A stretch of DNA of 64,000 bases. Source: Psilocybe cubensis (Eukaryota). Positions within the stretch are counted from its first letter, which is position 1. Each line of letters opens with the position of its first letter. The position numbers and the translations under genes are program-made. Below, one piece after another: positions 50,591 to 64,000 of this stretch. The notes under the pieces were generated by a model. It was not told where the DNA came from, ran no database searches, and saw nothing but the letters and a program-made list of their open reading frames with translations. Where the stretch lies: NCBI GenBank assembly GCA_017499595.2, contig CM039010.1, positions 930,001 to 994,000 of the forward strand, in the 5' to 3' direction.

Positions 50591-51817
50591 TCACAGCCAC
50601 CTAGGATTTGTCGAATTCCCTGCACCGCTTCCGCCGCCAGTCTTTGTATCTCCACCCGGAGCCCCATCCAACACCTTAATATAATAGCTAAAGAACAGCA
50701 CTTTAAACGCGATGGCGATGCCCGTATGGAGCGCTGCGAGGAGGATTATGAGCAGTCGTGTGGCTTTTGCTTCGGCCTATATTGTGAAGAAAGGGTGAAA
50801 GGATATTTGTGAGTGTTATTCATAGAAACAAAAGTGTGGAAGGTCGAGGTCGAGAGGAAAAAGACGCACTGATGCCAAAATGGGGTATACATTTAACCCG
50901 AGGAAGTAACCTGAGAGTCCCCATGCAATCCCAACGAGGACATAGCGCAAAATGCGGACTGGAATAACACACAGGAACTGCACGCGCAAACGGAAAATTG
51001 TGATTCAGCGGTCAGAACGGCGCAAAGAGCATGCCACTCACCGATACTGGAATCCACACGAACTGGCTGTATCCCCACACTGCGACTGCCTCAACCACGC
51101 TCCACTCCCCTACACCCAGGTACCGCAGGCCAAGCCACAGTAGTACGGGCAGCGCGAGTCCATACAGGTACACGAGCGATACTGCGATACTGAGCAAGCC
51201 AAAGTCGTAATCGAATGGGTCTGCGCCTACTGGGGACATATAACTCGTTATGGACGCGGCGAGGGATGACGATAAATATAGGGCAAATATGAGGGTGGTC
51301 AGCGTCCAGAAGGGGCCATAGAGGTCGGGCGGGTTGAGCGATGAAGAGAAGTAAGTGCGGAAGGAAGGGGTCCAAGGCATAAGTGTCGTGTAGCACCGCT
51401 CGAGGACAGTTTTGGTATCTATGTCAAAGTACGGTTGGTAGTACTCAATATTCCAGAAGCTCCCGCTGCCTTTGCGTTGGTTGGCCTCGTCGGAGATGTA
51501 ACCTGTAGGTCAGTTGAATGTGATTGGATATAAAGATGCATAGAGTATCCAGGACGTACGGCGGTCGGTATTCCCGACACCGGGACTGCGTTGTGCGCTA
51601 GATACGCCATGAGCGGAGGCGTCGGCGCCGAGAAATGCTGTTGGATGGATGTGAGCGACGACAACGACACTGGTGGGTTATGAACGCGGAATAGCGCATA
51701 CATTTGAACTGGAGGCCTTCGGGGCCTTCCTCCAAGCGCTATCATCGTCGTCAATTTAGCACGGAGAATGATAAAATGGATACGCACGTCGTCGGCTTCT
51801 ACTTGGACGTAGGCCAT
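50591..51817 (-). CDS. YIP1-domain Golgi membrane protein (YIPF1/2, Yip5-like)
   Basis: MAYVQVEADD/LEEGPEGLQFK..., FWNIEYYQPYFDIDT, PDLYGPFWTLTTLIF, YDFGLLS, WGYSQFVWIPVS. Confidence 0.88.
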
Positions 51818-53123
51818 TGGTGGTATGCCCGCTGTGGGTGGTGGTGGTGAGGTAGTGTTGTCGTAGTCGTGGTCGTGGTCACGGCTAGAATGATGATGGT
51901 TCATAGTCGGACCCCAGACACCTATCTTCGTCGTCTCCGACGCCGTGTCTGGCTATCATCTTGAACTTCATCTTTGTTGTTTGATATCCGGCGTCGAGCT
52001 CCGCCCAGTCTACAACCCCTGCGCCAACCGAAGATGACGATGTACCGGACATGAACTGGTATTTAGGGCGATAAGACAGCTACACCGCGGATTCCATGAT
52101 GCTTTGACCAAACCCAAATCTTTCGCATATATCCAGTATCTCGATGGGCCTCCTGTTTTCAGGATACACAAACGGGCATCTATACATCCAAGTATCGGTC
52201 ATCATCGCTGCAAATGTATTGGATATACACATTCTTAGCTATCTCTCGATGTATCGACAGAGGCCGCAAGTTCCACTTTTGCGGCTCTACGATGGCATCT
52301 AGGTCATATCAATCTCTATCTGCTTCTCGCTAGCTTGCAGAATCTTCCCTGAGTTGACCATTCAAGGCTGCACTACGCTCTATGCATGAGTAGCTGCTTC
52401 TTGGTCGGCATTACAATTTTCCTGCGCGCCAGACCTGTGTGTCCGAGGCCCACACAGTCTTCATTGATGTATCGTAAGGTAAATTATGCAGTCATATGGG
52501 TTACAGCAGATAAATATTCTTATCAGGAGCAATCCATCCAGGCATTCAAGTTTTCAAGTGTGGCTATCTCCATATTCTTAATCGTATTTTCATTGAGTCA
52601 TACATCTAAACGCTTTCACTCTCTTTCTCCTTCAATCTAGAGTTCCTATATCACGGATGTGCCAGTTATATAAACCCTACCAAGATCTACAAAGTTCCAA
52701 AAATTCGAATAGATGAACAAGAAATTAGAGTTGATCTCCCAAGTCATTGAAAATCGTGGTATCGGCGTTTAAAATTGACAGGGGTCTGTCAAGTGAAACC
52801 GAATAATACCCTGCATCAAATGGACTTAATTTAAGGAGAGAGTGAGGTAATTAAGAGTTGCCATTGCCTATTGAGCTTGTCCAGACTGCCTTTGATTGAA
52901 GAATGAAAGCCGATGACAAAGTTGTTGTTGCTTTCAAGCCAAAGCTTCTCTCTTTCAGCAGCCTTTCTTCCTTTCTTCTCTCCTGCGGGCACGGTATTTA
53001 TTCTCTTCTCTTTTCTCGTGTCTCTTCAAATTGTACCTTCCACTGGTAGTCGTGCTCAGACAGACTATTGGAGACTTTTTATTTGTTTTTCTAGATCAGA
53101 GACATTGGCCACCTTTGTAGGCG

Positions 53124-56100
53124 ATGTCGTCCACAGGGTACCAAATGTCTACTCCCGCACGTTCGCGTTTGTCCGCACCCGCACTCGAAGGTGGAGGGTC
53201 GGACAATACCTGCTGTCAACATGACGACAACAAAGAGAAAGGAACAGAGGTCGAGGCAAAGCGGGATGCAGATGTAGAGTCAGTGTACATCGCCATCGAG
53301 CCTCCAGCGTCCAGTGTTACATATCCAGAGCAGCCTCCTTCACAACCCATTCCACCGCCCTCGTTTGATGCCTCGCAATTCGGGATCATCCTCCGCCACC
53401 AACGTCTCCGACCGCCTGACAATTCGGGCCTCAAGCTGCCGCCACCACATGCCACCCCCTCGCGCTTTGTACACCTTTCAAACGCGTTCGAGTTTGCTGG
53501 GTGGGGGTCGTCGATTCGAGTCAAGTTGACACAGCGAGAAAAGGAGGTGGGGGAGGAGAGGGTGAAGGTGGAGCGGGAGGAGAGAGAGAAGGGCCTGGGG
53601 CAGTGGACTGCTAGTGCTCTGGCGGGGAACGCGGTGCTGGGGAGCGTCTTCTACGCGTTGCCAGCTGTTGTGGGTGTTGCGGGGGTATAGTGAGTGTTTG
53701 GGCTCTTCTTTTTGACAAGATAGACTTACAGTTTTACAGCTCCCCCATCTCACTTTTCATTGCGGCACTCGTTCTCTTCCTGTGGCGGCCCATCATGGAA
53801 GAGCTTGCGGCGGCGCTGCCCATCAGCGGCGCACCGTACACGTACATGTGAGCTTTTCTTGCTTCTGTTTTCCGTGTTTATTGACTTTTGTAGCTTGAAT
53901 ATATCCACAAAATCCCTTGCACTGGTCACTGCTGCGCTCCTGCTGCTTGATTTCGCGTCGACGGCGATCGTGTCAGCGGCCACGGCCGCTGCATATCTCG
54001 CTGGGGAGCTCGGGTCAGGTGCGCGTTGCACTCATCGCTAATTCACCTCGAATCTGACTTTTCAGGCGACTCGGGACTCCCGTTCCCGACGTGGGTCGGC
54101 GCGGTGCTTGTACTCGTGCTCTTCACGCTCGTGAGTCTGTGGGGCGTACGCGAAAGCGCGCGGATTGCACTTGGTGTGCTGGGTGTGCATGTGCGTTTCC
54201 TGTCTTCATACCCATCGCAGGTGTTGATCAATTCACAGGTGCTAACGATGCTTGTGCTCGCGATCACAGCGTGCGTACACTGGGCGTCTATCGGCACTGC
54301 ACAGCTCCGCGCGAACTGGGCTCTTGGTGGTGGCCCGGGAGAAGGACGGAGTGCGGGGGCCATTGCGAAGCAGGTGTACTACGGCGTGTGTCTGGGGATG
54401 TTGGGTTTGACTGGGTTCGAGTGTACGTTTCCTCTCATTGAGTTCGATTCAATGACCATTTAATTCTTTTACAGGTACGCCATCGTACGTCTCGCGCATC
54501 AAGCCTGGACGATTCCCGCGCGTACTGCGCAACCTGCACCTCCCATCGATCGTGCTGAGCACAACTATGATGCTTCTCGTCCTCGCGATACTGCCAATGG
54601 ATGTGGCATTGCGCGGGGAGAACGTACTGAGTGTGTTGGCCGAGGTGGTGAGTTATATCTCTGTGGTACTTCACTTGACGCATGGAACTGATTAATTGAC
54701 AATGTATTGAACTTGTGAATAGTCGGGAGGGAGGTGGCTGCGTCTTTGGATCGTCGTGGACGCGGTTATCGTTCTGTGCGGAGGCGTATTAACAGGTATG
54801 CGCTTTTATACACGAAAAACGCGTGTATATTCACCCATCCGTCTCCACGTACAGGTATTCTAGCTGCGTCAGAGCTGCTCACCCAGCTCGCACAGCACCG
54901 CGTTCTCCCATCTTTCTTTCTTCTCCCTCTGCGCCTGCCTTTCAGACGGCCCAACCCTCTCCCTCGGCTTCCCACCCCTCCTCCGTCCGCCTCCCCCATC
55001 ACCACACCTGTCTCCCCAATCTCAAATCCGACACCCAGCTCATCCCCATCCCCAACACCTCACATCGCGATCCTGGTTTTCTCCCTTTTCAGCGGGGCGC
55101 TCTACGCAAGTGCGCTTGGCAGTCTCAGCGTCATTTCGGAGATGTTTTCCCTTGTGTGGGTGTGCGTGATGGGCGTGTTCCCGGTTGCTGGCATGCTTTT
55201 AAAATTTGAGCGGGGAAGACTGGTACGAGGGGTTGGTGTTGGAGTGGAATTGTGTGCTGTGCGGAACTCTGGGGAACGGATGAGGGAGAGGGGAGGTGAA
55301 GATGAACAGGTGGAGCAGGGAGCGAAAAGGGGAGTCGGGGGAAGAAGGAAAGGAGGGGAGAGGAAGACGAGGCTTCTTGTTATTCTCGCTGCGCTTATCG
55401 TCGCGCCGCTGGTCTTTGCGGGGAATGTAGCGTATAACCCTAAGACGGCTGGGTAAGTCCCTTTCGCACTTTTTTTTACTATTTTGCGATTGCTTTCGAA
55501 ATCATACAACATAACTTGTTGTTTACTGGTTGCCCTCGCTTTCACATTTTTTTCGCTTCTCTCGCATGAGCATTGCATCCACATTTTCTTATTGCCCTAA
55601 ATACTCATATTTACACCTTCTTTCACGTAGCTACTTCTCCGCCTACTTCATCGGCATCCTCCTCTTCTTCTCCGCAACGCAGAACAAAGTTCACCTGTTG
55701 CGGTGGCTGTATTGGGTGTACGACCAGTACCCTTCGCTGCATGTGTGGCGGGTGACGTCTGCGTGGGGCGAAGGGCTCATTTCTCTGATGCGGCGACTGA
55801 AGCGACAGCCAGTGTGTATACTCGTTAAAAGCGATGAGGTACGTTTTTCGTTTTTGTGAAAATTTTGTTAGTTGGCATGAAGACTGCTGATACAAATTTT
55901 TTGATAAAGATTAATAGCTTGTTTCATATGGTTATGTATGTGAGGAAGAACGAGGAGACGTCATGTTTGAAGATTATACATTTTTATGAGGAAGAGAAGG
56001 AGATCCCATCTGAGTTAGAGGCAAACGCGAAAAGTGAGCTTTGTTGTTAATGCCATACATACATTCGGATTTTGACCGCCTTACGAACCTGAATAGTTCT

Positions 56101-56358
56101 AGACGAAGCATTTCCGGAGATTACTGTCGACTTGGTACGTCTCCTAATTCGCTTTCCCGTCGTCTACACATCGGACATCTTTTAACCTCTCGTCACTGGT
56201 ATTTCTAGATTCTGGTAGATGGGAAATTTGACCCTGCGCATATAGCAGCACTCTCCTACCGCCTTAAAATCCCGCAGTCGCTCATGTTTATGACCTGTCC
56301 GGGCCCGACATTCCCGTACTCTGTGGCGGAGCTTGGGACGAGGATTATTTCACTTTAA
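53124..56358 (+). CDS. APC-superfamily amino acid permease
   Basis: LGQWTASALAGNAVLGSVFYALP, GVRESARIA, GMLGLTGFE, GGVLTG, LDEAFPEITVDL; many TM segments across GT-AG exons; stop TAA at 56356-56358. Confidence 0.85.
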
Positions 56359-56681
56359 ATGTAAGATTGGGTCGACTGTGTATATTGATTGACTTCACGT
56401 ATATTAATGATGGGTACGATGGGGTGAGGCACGGATGCTACCATTGAGTTCTACATCATCTAAACCACTACAAATATGAGGCCTAAGGATATTGTACTGC
56501 CGCAGGATTGTCGTCTACTGGGCCATCAGGAGCCTTCCGATTTTTGCTCATCGGAAAACACTGAAAACCCGGCGGCATAACCGGGGAAGCATCACATGTA
56601 TACCAAATGTAGAAATGTCACCTTCTCATGTATTTGCTTGGTTTAAGTGTCCCACAACCCATACCGCTTGGTTCAACTTCA

Positions 56682-58040
56682 ATGATTCACGGCCCTCGAT
56701 CCAACTCATTATTGGTCCTTGGTGCTTTTACCTTCGCTGTGACAGCTAGTGCTATTACTCTCCTTTCCATCAAGCAGTCCAAGAAAAAGGTTCCCAAATC
56801 ACCCCGTCGGGAAAAGGTATGTTGTTCTTCGGCTTACCACCCTAGGTTCAGGAATAATCCATCTTGAATGTTAGCTACCAAAAGATCTCGAAACTTGGAA
56901 ATTTCTCAGCGTTGAGAAGTATATAGAAGTATGGGAAGAACTCCGACCTCTTCTCGAACAGCATAACTTTCAGCTGTGGACAACCACCCCCGGGATACAG
57001 CTCTGGGATTATGATCTGCCTCCACAGGGAGATAATTTCCTCTACTTGACTTCGCACGACGCCCCAAATAAGTCATGGGTAAGATGGCGCAGTTTCAGTT
57101 TTATAACGGTGTGCCTTCACCACGCTGCTCGTATGAATGGAATTCGCGACGTCGTTCTTCGTGTAGTTGCCCTATCAGGCGAAGGACAGACCCACCTGCG
57201 AATTATAAAGCGACTTGCATCCCCTCCAGACCAGTTGCTAAGCAGCAACCACATTCTGCCTATTTTACACGAGATTTACTTCCAGGATATTGTCATTATA
57301 GCCGTCCCAAAGCTTATTTTCGATCTTCGCGAGGTCCTTTTCTATCCAGAGACAAACTCCGTTGAAGACGCCTTATATATGGTTCTCCAGGCTTTTGAGG
57401 TGGGTTCATGTTGTTTCTTCCCCAGATTTGACCCGTATTTACCAATCACTTTACAGGCAACTGCATATCTCCATCGAAATCTTATTGCGCATCGTGTATG
57501 TTTCCCATTACTTGAAGGCGTTTCGTCTTATATGAATATCATTTCTAGGATTTATATATACCCAACTTTATGGTTGAATGGATGCCGGAGTCTTTGACTA
57601 AACGCACAACTGTGGCTCGTCCTAGGGTATACATGATCGATTTTGAAACTGCAGTTGACTTTCCAGCGGACTCCTTAGAGTCGGATAGGGTGTGCACATC
57701 GTTTCATCGGGATCTAGAGCAATTCGGTCGTCATATCGCGCCGGAACTTAGAACGAAGGAGCCATATTGCCCTTTTAAATTGGATATGTGGCAGTTGGGA
57801 AACGATCTACGTATCACTCTATTGGTGAGTAGTCAAGCTAATATTTTGTCAGTATAGATAATACTGACTCTCTCCAACAAGACCGGACTGGACGAGATCG
57901 ACAGACTTTGGCAGGCTCTTTGCGTACATAATCCTCAGGACCGCATGACAGCTGACATTGCCCTGAAGACTCTTGATGATTTTCTTCGTAAAACTCCTTC
58001 CATTGATCTCCACAGAAAGATATTATACCCGACCAATTAA
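56682..58040 (+). CDS. Atypical protein kinase, AgaK1-like (copy C, inverted)
   Basis: Same exons and motifs (IAHR/DLYIPNF, MIDFE, IAPEL); lies in an inverted duplication of 43903-45939 at 56440-58443. Confidence 0.85.
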
Positions 58041-58439
58041 GACTGGGGATTCTGCATTCTCGCAACTCTCATCTATTGTCGATTGGATTTATTTGTTTTC
58101 TCTTTGCACTGCCTCCTACATATGGGTTGCTTTGTTCCACTTTACCGTCTTAGATTATAGCACAACATTTAAAGTCCTTGCTACGTGTTCATAACTAGGG
58201 GAGTGGCGGCAAAGTCCATGCAGTTCCGCAATTTTGATGCTTGATCGTATCCACTCGATTGATAGAATAAATAAGCAACATTTTCGAATGAGTCCATGAT
58301 TTCTAGCAATAATACAATTGTCAGGGGTACGACCAGAGCACAATCCTTCCAAGGATATTGGCCAATCAATTGTCACTAAATTGTTTAAGGGCGAGGTTAT
58401 AATCTATACCTGCATCTGCCAGTGTCCCGCGAGTTTGAC

Positions 58440-59216
58440 TTGAACTTGTGAATAGTTGGGAGGGAGGTGGCTGCGTATTTGGATCGTCGTGGACGCGGTT
58501 ATCGTTCTGTGCGGAGGCGTATTAACAGGTATGCGCTTTTATACACGAAGAACGCGTGTATATTCACCCATCCGTCTCCACGTACAGGTATTCTAGCTGC
58601 GTCAGAGCTGCTCACCCAGCTCGCACAGCACCGCGTTCTCCCATCTTTCTTTCTTCTCCCTCTGCGCCTCCCTTTCAGACGGCCCAACCCTCTCCCCCGG
58701 CTTCCCACCCCTCCTCCGTCCGCCTCCCCCATCACCACACCTGTCTCCCCAATCTCAAATCCGACACCCAGCTCATCCCCATCACCAACACCTCACATCG
58801 CGATTCTGGATTTCTCCCTTTTCAGCGGGGCGCTCTACGCAAGCGCGCTTGGCAGCCTCAGCGTCATCTCGGAGATGTTTTCGCTTGTGTGGGTGTGCGT
58901 GATGGGCGTGTTCCCGGTCGCTGGCGTGCTTTTAAAATTTGAGCGGGGAAGACTGGTCCGAGGGGTTGGCGCTGGAGTGGAAATGGGTGATGTGCGGAAA
59001 TTCAAGTTTGGGGAACGGACGAGGGAGAGGTGAGGTGAAGGTGAAGGTGAACAAGTGGAGGAGGGAGTGAAGAGGGGAGTCAGGGTTAGGAGGAACAGAG
59101 GGGAGAGGAAGACGAGGCTCCTTGTTGCACTCGCTGCGCTCATTGTTGCGCCGCTCGTGTTTGTGGGGAATGTGGCGTATAACCATAAGACGGCTGGGTA
59201 CGTCCCTTTCGCACTT
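58440..59216 (+). pseudogene. Intron-containing internal fragment of the permease gene (copy of about 54707-55470)
   Basis: Near-identical direct repeat lacking the 5' and 3' parts; V-to-D change in a TM segment and a premature TGA at 59031-59033. Confidence 0.9.
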
Positions 59217-59402
59217 GAACCTCATCATTATTCATGTTCAATTGCCATGGTTTACTCTGAAATCCTTCAAATTCAATTGCAGGAGTATGACATCTCATTA
59301 GTCAAAAAAGTAGTTCATTGTATTAATACTGTAGACTAGTACACGGATAGATAGATACAATATCCCAATAAGTAGCGCTCACCTAGGCAAAGGAGAAGAA
59401 TA

Positions 59403-60520
59403 TGGTGTGCTCTTGGCCGCATTTGATCCCACAAGTGGAACCGAATGCGTGTAGCCCATACGCCACGACAAGGCGGCACACCGGTGTATGGGAAAAAAAT
59501 TCGTACTCGACGAGTGTCGAGTACGTGTGCCTTTACTACCCAGAGGCGGCTCAGGGTAGTAGGGCCTGCGCGACGCCGCGAGGCGTCTGCTGGCTTTCTA
59601 GAAAAGAAACTCCCACCGGATGGTGGGCTTTGTCGATCCGGCCGGAAGGCGCGCGGATGCGACAGTGGCGCCTCGATCGATTTCGAGAGGCGCCTACATT
59701 ACCGTCCAGCTCTCTTGCCAGCGAGACCCCGCCTACCCGCGGGGTCTCTCCGGGGGACGGTAGGGGTGCGACCGCAGTCGCGCGACGGGTAGGGTTAGTA
59801 TTGCATTTCAGACGATTCATTGCAGCCATAGAGCACATAACCTGTCGATAGAGTGAGTAAGAGATGTGAATAAAAGAATGCGAGCACACGTACATAGACA
59901 GTTTCCTCGTGAGACATATTCAGACACCTAAGAGAAAGGAAGAGTGCGATTAAGTAGATGCTCAAAATGAGTAAAGCAAGTGCAACTTACATAGATTGCA
60001 CAAGACCGGCTAGGGCGTTGGGCCCCAGCCGGTCATCGATCTCATGGGCGGCGTTTGGCCACCCAATGAGCTTTGCCGGTGAAGCGTTCGGTTTCGAACG
60101 CTTCTTCCGACAGTATCCCCAGAACCCGTCTGCGATTCTGGGGACCTTTACCGCCCAAAGTGCAGCCGTTTGGCTACACCAAGGGCGGTAGTGCGGGGCT
60201 CGCGAGTGGATGTGAGCCGAGTATCTGTTCAAGATGGAATTGTAAGTATTCCGAACAATACCGCCTTGAAGAAACCATGGACTTGCCTTTGGATCAAACC
60301 AGAAGCCATAGCCTGTCATAGCACAATGTGTCAGTCAGTCTGTGAATCTGAAGAAATGATACCAGGAATTCTTACCTTTTAATCAGGCGGCGGGGTCTGG
60401 CATAGAATAGCTGACGACGATTAAATCGACGGACCAGGCCGTGTGGCCCAGTCCGTGATGCAGTCGTCGTCTTACCTTCCTCTGTCGCGGAGGAGTTGGG
60501 GGTGCATTTCGCTGAAGGAG
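59403..60520 (-). ncRNA. Second copy of the candidate structured spliced ncRNA
   Basis: All four intron boundaries and the hairpins are retained; only two substitutions noticed in the hairpin exons. Confidence 0.5.
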
Positions 60521-63500
60521 ACTGACAAAAAGGCAGCATGTTATATACTTCTAGCCCCTGCCTGCCGCTGTCAGCCACTCTTCCAAGGCCACACACAATG
60601 AGTAAGACGGCTTTCTCGGCACGCGTTCTATTTCAGGGTTCTTGTTATGACGGCAGGCAGTCCATGTTTCCAACCACAGGAAATTACCTGATTTAGAAAA
60701 TACATTTTTGCTATGCGAGCCCGTAGACGTGCGGGCGGCCTCCGTATGCTTCGATGGAGCCCTATCAATCCGATAACGCATAATAAAGGAACATTGTTTG
60801 TCTTTTTTTGTTGGCCTTAGAAGAAAGGAGTTAGATTGCGCTCACGGGGTACTGATAGTGCCTTTCTTCTGCTCCTCGGCCATGCGCATCTAGGCAGGTT
60901 AAAAGCCTCCATGGAAATTTGGTGGGAATTTCTGCAGGCGTGTTGTCATTGTTTCACAAAAAAACTGCAGGGCCGGACTTCTGGCAGCTGTCAATCCGAG
61001 GCCTTCTGAGTTCTTCGGTATTCTTTTTACATGCCATTTTGATGTATACAATAACCTGGAACCAACTTGCCTTTAACATATATGATCGTTCCAATCTATC
61101 CATCAACGACTGAAAACATCTGACTAGCCAATCGCCTGCTGGGAACCCGTCCTTTGACAGAATTATGACTCACTCAAACAGGACTGTGCTAGTTGCCCGA
61201 CACGTTGTACCCACTGCTGGCAAGTTGTACCACGGTTCTCCCCCTAGTACCTAGTGCAATGCAACCGTAGAGTGATATGAAGTTGCAATACCGTTTCGAT
61301 TTCAGATGGATGTCGGTTTCGGTTTTGTCGATCAAGTTTGGGTCAAGCTTTCGAAATATTCCCAAGTGCCGTTTTGAGTGGCGCGTCTTGTGTGTATGGC
61401 GTCATTTTCTCACGGCAATTACCGTTGTCGCATCTTTTTTCGGCGATCGCCGACCTGGCCCTACTTCGCACTCAAGTGCATCGTGGCACTTGGGAACGCA
61501 TGCAATTTAACCCTCTTTGTGGATTTCCTCTACAGTTTACAGAGTCTGCGAATCAAGAGCGGCAGGTCTTTTATTCTCTGACGGATTCCATTCTCCTACA
61601 CCTTTTCGATGCATCACATCACTCCCTTTTAAATCAAAATAACTTTTACAATTAATGACGGACTTAAAGGACAGATTAACGTTTTGAAGAACAGAGGGAC
61701 GTTCCAAAATTTGTAATTCGTTACGGCAAAGTGTAATGCGATTGTATGGAGCGAAGAGAAGTAGTAATTCCTCGCAACGTAGCCCAAGTTTCAAAGACAA
61801 CGTACCTCTGTCGGAGGATAACTTGGCCTAGAGAGATAGTTAGATTTGTGAGCATGTGTAAACGGTAAGAACACATACCTAGACAAAGAAACAGATGATG
61901 TGGATGTGTGATTTTAGTGTGCGTTTAGTCGATTGACCTTGCCATATTGACAAAGCCAACCTACAAGCCAGCAGCCCAACGACAAGGGAGCACAAGTGTC
62001 CCACCGGACACATCCTGCCGGAAAAAATACCAGCCGCTTGTCGCTGAGGACAATCGACTTGTCTTTATCAATCAAGAAATTTCTGATTGATAGGTGGATG
62101 GAAACCATCCTTCCAACCCGTCAGCCGCGAGGAAGGCTTTGCTGCTCTGACGTCGGCAACTGATCCGATGCCTCGATCAGAGCGGCAGTGTTCGCAGATA
62201 CGATGGTATCCTGCGAACCTTTACCAGCTCGTTCAAAGGCAACGAGTGGTAGATTATGCTGCAACCACCTATCATGAGTCTCTTGGGGAGATTTTGTTAG
62301 GCAGGAGCCTTGGAACAATCTTTCGACACCTGCGTGGCAGAAAGGTTAGACATATATATCTTCAGAGGAAAGGGCGGCTGTACGTACTTAAAAGCCAAAT
62401 CCAGGTTCATACGCTTATACGAATCGCCTGAAGAAATGTGAATAATCAGTTGGAATCGACTTGATGTTTGCAGTACATAATTGACTTACTTACATTCTAA
62501 CAAATGGGCCGGCTAAGGTAATTGTCCTCGCCGGCCAAGTACAGAAAACTCAGTCTTGCAGACGGATCAGAGGTCCGTCTCGCAAGCTTTGCCAATCAGC
62601 GATGTGGTTATCGCTGACCGACAGTGTCAACTGAATGCATGAAGCATCCAGGACCTTTACCACTTCAATTCTCCGTGTTCCGGCATGACTGAGAGTGGTA
62701 GGTGTCGTTGTCCTTTCCCGCGGGCGAGGGGGATAGGACACGATGGATGTGGAGAAGCGACCTGTACCCAGAGTATTATAATTATGGAAAAATATGATGA
62801 AAGACAAAAAACGTACCGCATACCAGCAGATTCATCGGGCAGGCTTAGAGAAAGTTTAAGAACCTGAAAAGCCAGCTCAGCACTGCACGACAGAGAAGAT
62901 ATCAACACTCACCATTTGCTAGACCACAAGGATCCCTTCCGCTCCCCTTTTGATTAGGGGGAGTGGCTTTGCCGTCTGGCCACACTATGCGGGAGGTCAG
63001 AGTGGTGTGGCGTTGGTTGACAGAAGCCATATCAGAGTGTAAACTCCTCAGGTTTCGTCGTAAGCCCAGGAGCTGCGTCAAAGCCCCACACCGGTCCTGG
63101 GATACGCACCTTCACTGTGGCATTGACGATGTCTTCGGAAGATGTTGACAGAACCAACAACCCAGAGCAAGGACGACGATCACCCAGACATTGAAAGCAT
63201 ATCCGAGACAGAAAGGTCGAAAACACAAGCACGCACTACGATTCTTCAATGTGGCTTTATGGCTCTTTTCGATGGCTCAATGAGCTCTTCACTTTGGCTC
63301 TGTGGCTCTTTTCAATTGGTGGCTCCGTGGCTCTTTTCGATGTGGTCCTGTGGCTCTTTTGATTGTGGCATATCGCTCTTTTCGATTTGAAGAGGAAGAG
63401 AACGTAGCAAGATATCGTATCCCAGCAGAACTGTGAACCCGGGTAAGTATGGATGTAACAAAACATTGCGAATGCGGGACATACCTAGAACCCAGCATAG

Positions 63501-64000
63501 CACAACCTCGCACAAAGAGACACTGGCAGCAGAAGTATAATAAATGCCACAAAGAATTTCCCTTACATAGAACTCAGTGATGCGAAACACGGTGAAGATT
63601 ATATCTGCTTGACTCGTGAACGAGAAGCGATAAAATCTTTCACCAACCGTAGGGGGGCGTTGGAAGCAGAAGCATAAGAACACACGATGAAGATTATATC
63701 TGCTTGACTCGTAAACGAGAAGCGATAAAATCTTTCACCAACCGAAGGGGGGCGTTGGAAGCTGAAGTATAAAAACACACGGTGAAGATTATGTCTGCTT
63801 GACTCGTAAGCGAGAAGCGATAAAATCTTTCACCAACCGAAGGGGGCGTTAGGGTAGTCGTGTATGCGTGGGCGGAAGGAGGAAGGCAGAGGCGTCGTCG
63901 AGCGGTGTGTGGAGGGAGCAGAGGTGGGGACGGTGGACGAGAAATTTTCAAGACGGCTTGATTTATACCTTGAGGATTGTGTGCCACAACACGGGGGCAC
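59403..64000 (-). repeat. Copy 2 (inverted) of the 35242-39820 unit, runs off window end
   Basis: Reverse complement of copy 1 with scattered substitutions and small indels; begins TGGTGTGCTCTTGG. Confidence 0.95.

Overview
Intron-rich fungal genomic DNA, most likely an agaricomycete (short GT-AG introns, AgaK1-type kinases, F-box/LRR-like families). The left half (1-33 kb) is ordinary gene space: three tandem F-box-like paralogs, a diverged Cdc24-like RhoGEF, a head-to-head pair of membrane-protein paralogs with a TA-flanked MITE between them, a frameshifted F-box pseudogene, a type I membrane protein, SPT5, MIC10, BRO1, MIC12 and a secreted acidic-repeat protein. The right half (35-64 kb) is rearranged. 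A unit of at least 4.6 kb (35242-39820) recurs inverted at 59403-64000 and runs off the window. Between the copies lie three AgaK1-like kinase copies, a YIP1-family gene, an APC amino-acid permease and a duplicated fragment of that permease. The most unusual signal is the 4.6-kb unit itself. It has no recognisable transposase, RT or recombinase ORF, but it has TATA boxes, canonical introns and exons built from back-to-back stem-loops whose G-U pairs favour one strand. The hairpin exons are almost invariant between the copies. It is a candidate spliced, highly structured non-coding RNA locus or non-autonomous element, and it includes a telomerase-template-like CTAACCCTA. All gene models and structures were derived by eye; no searches or folding programs were run.
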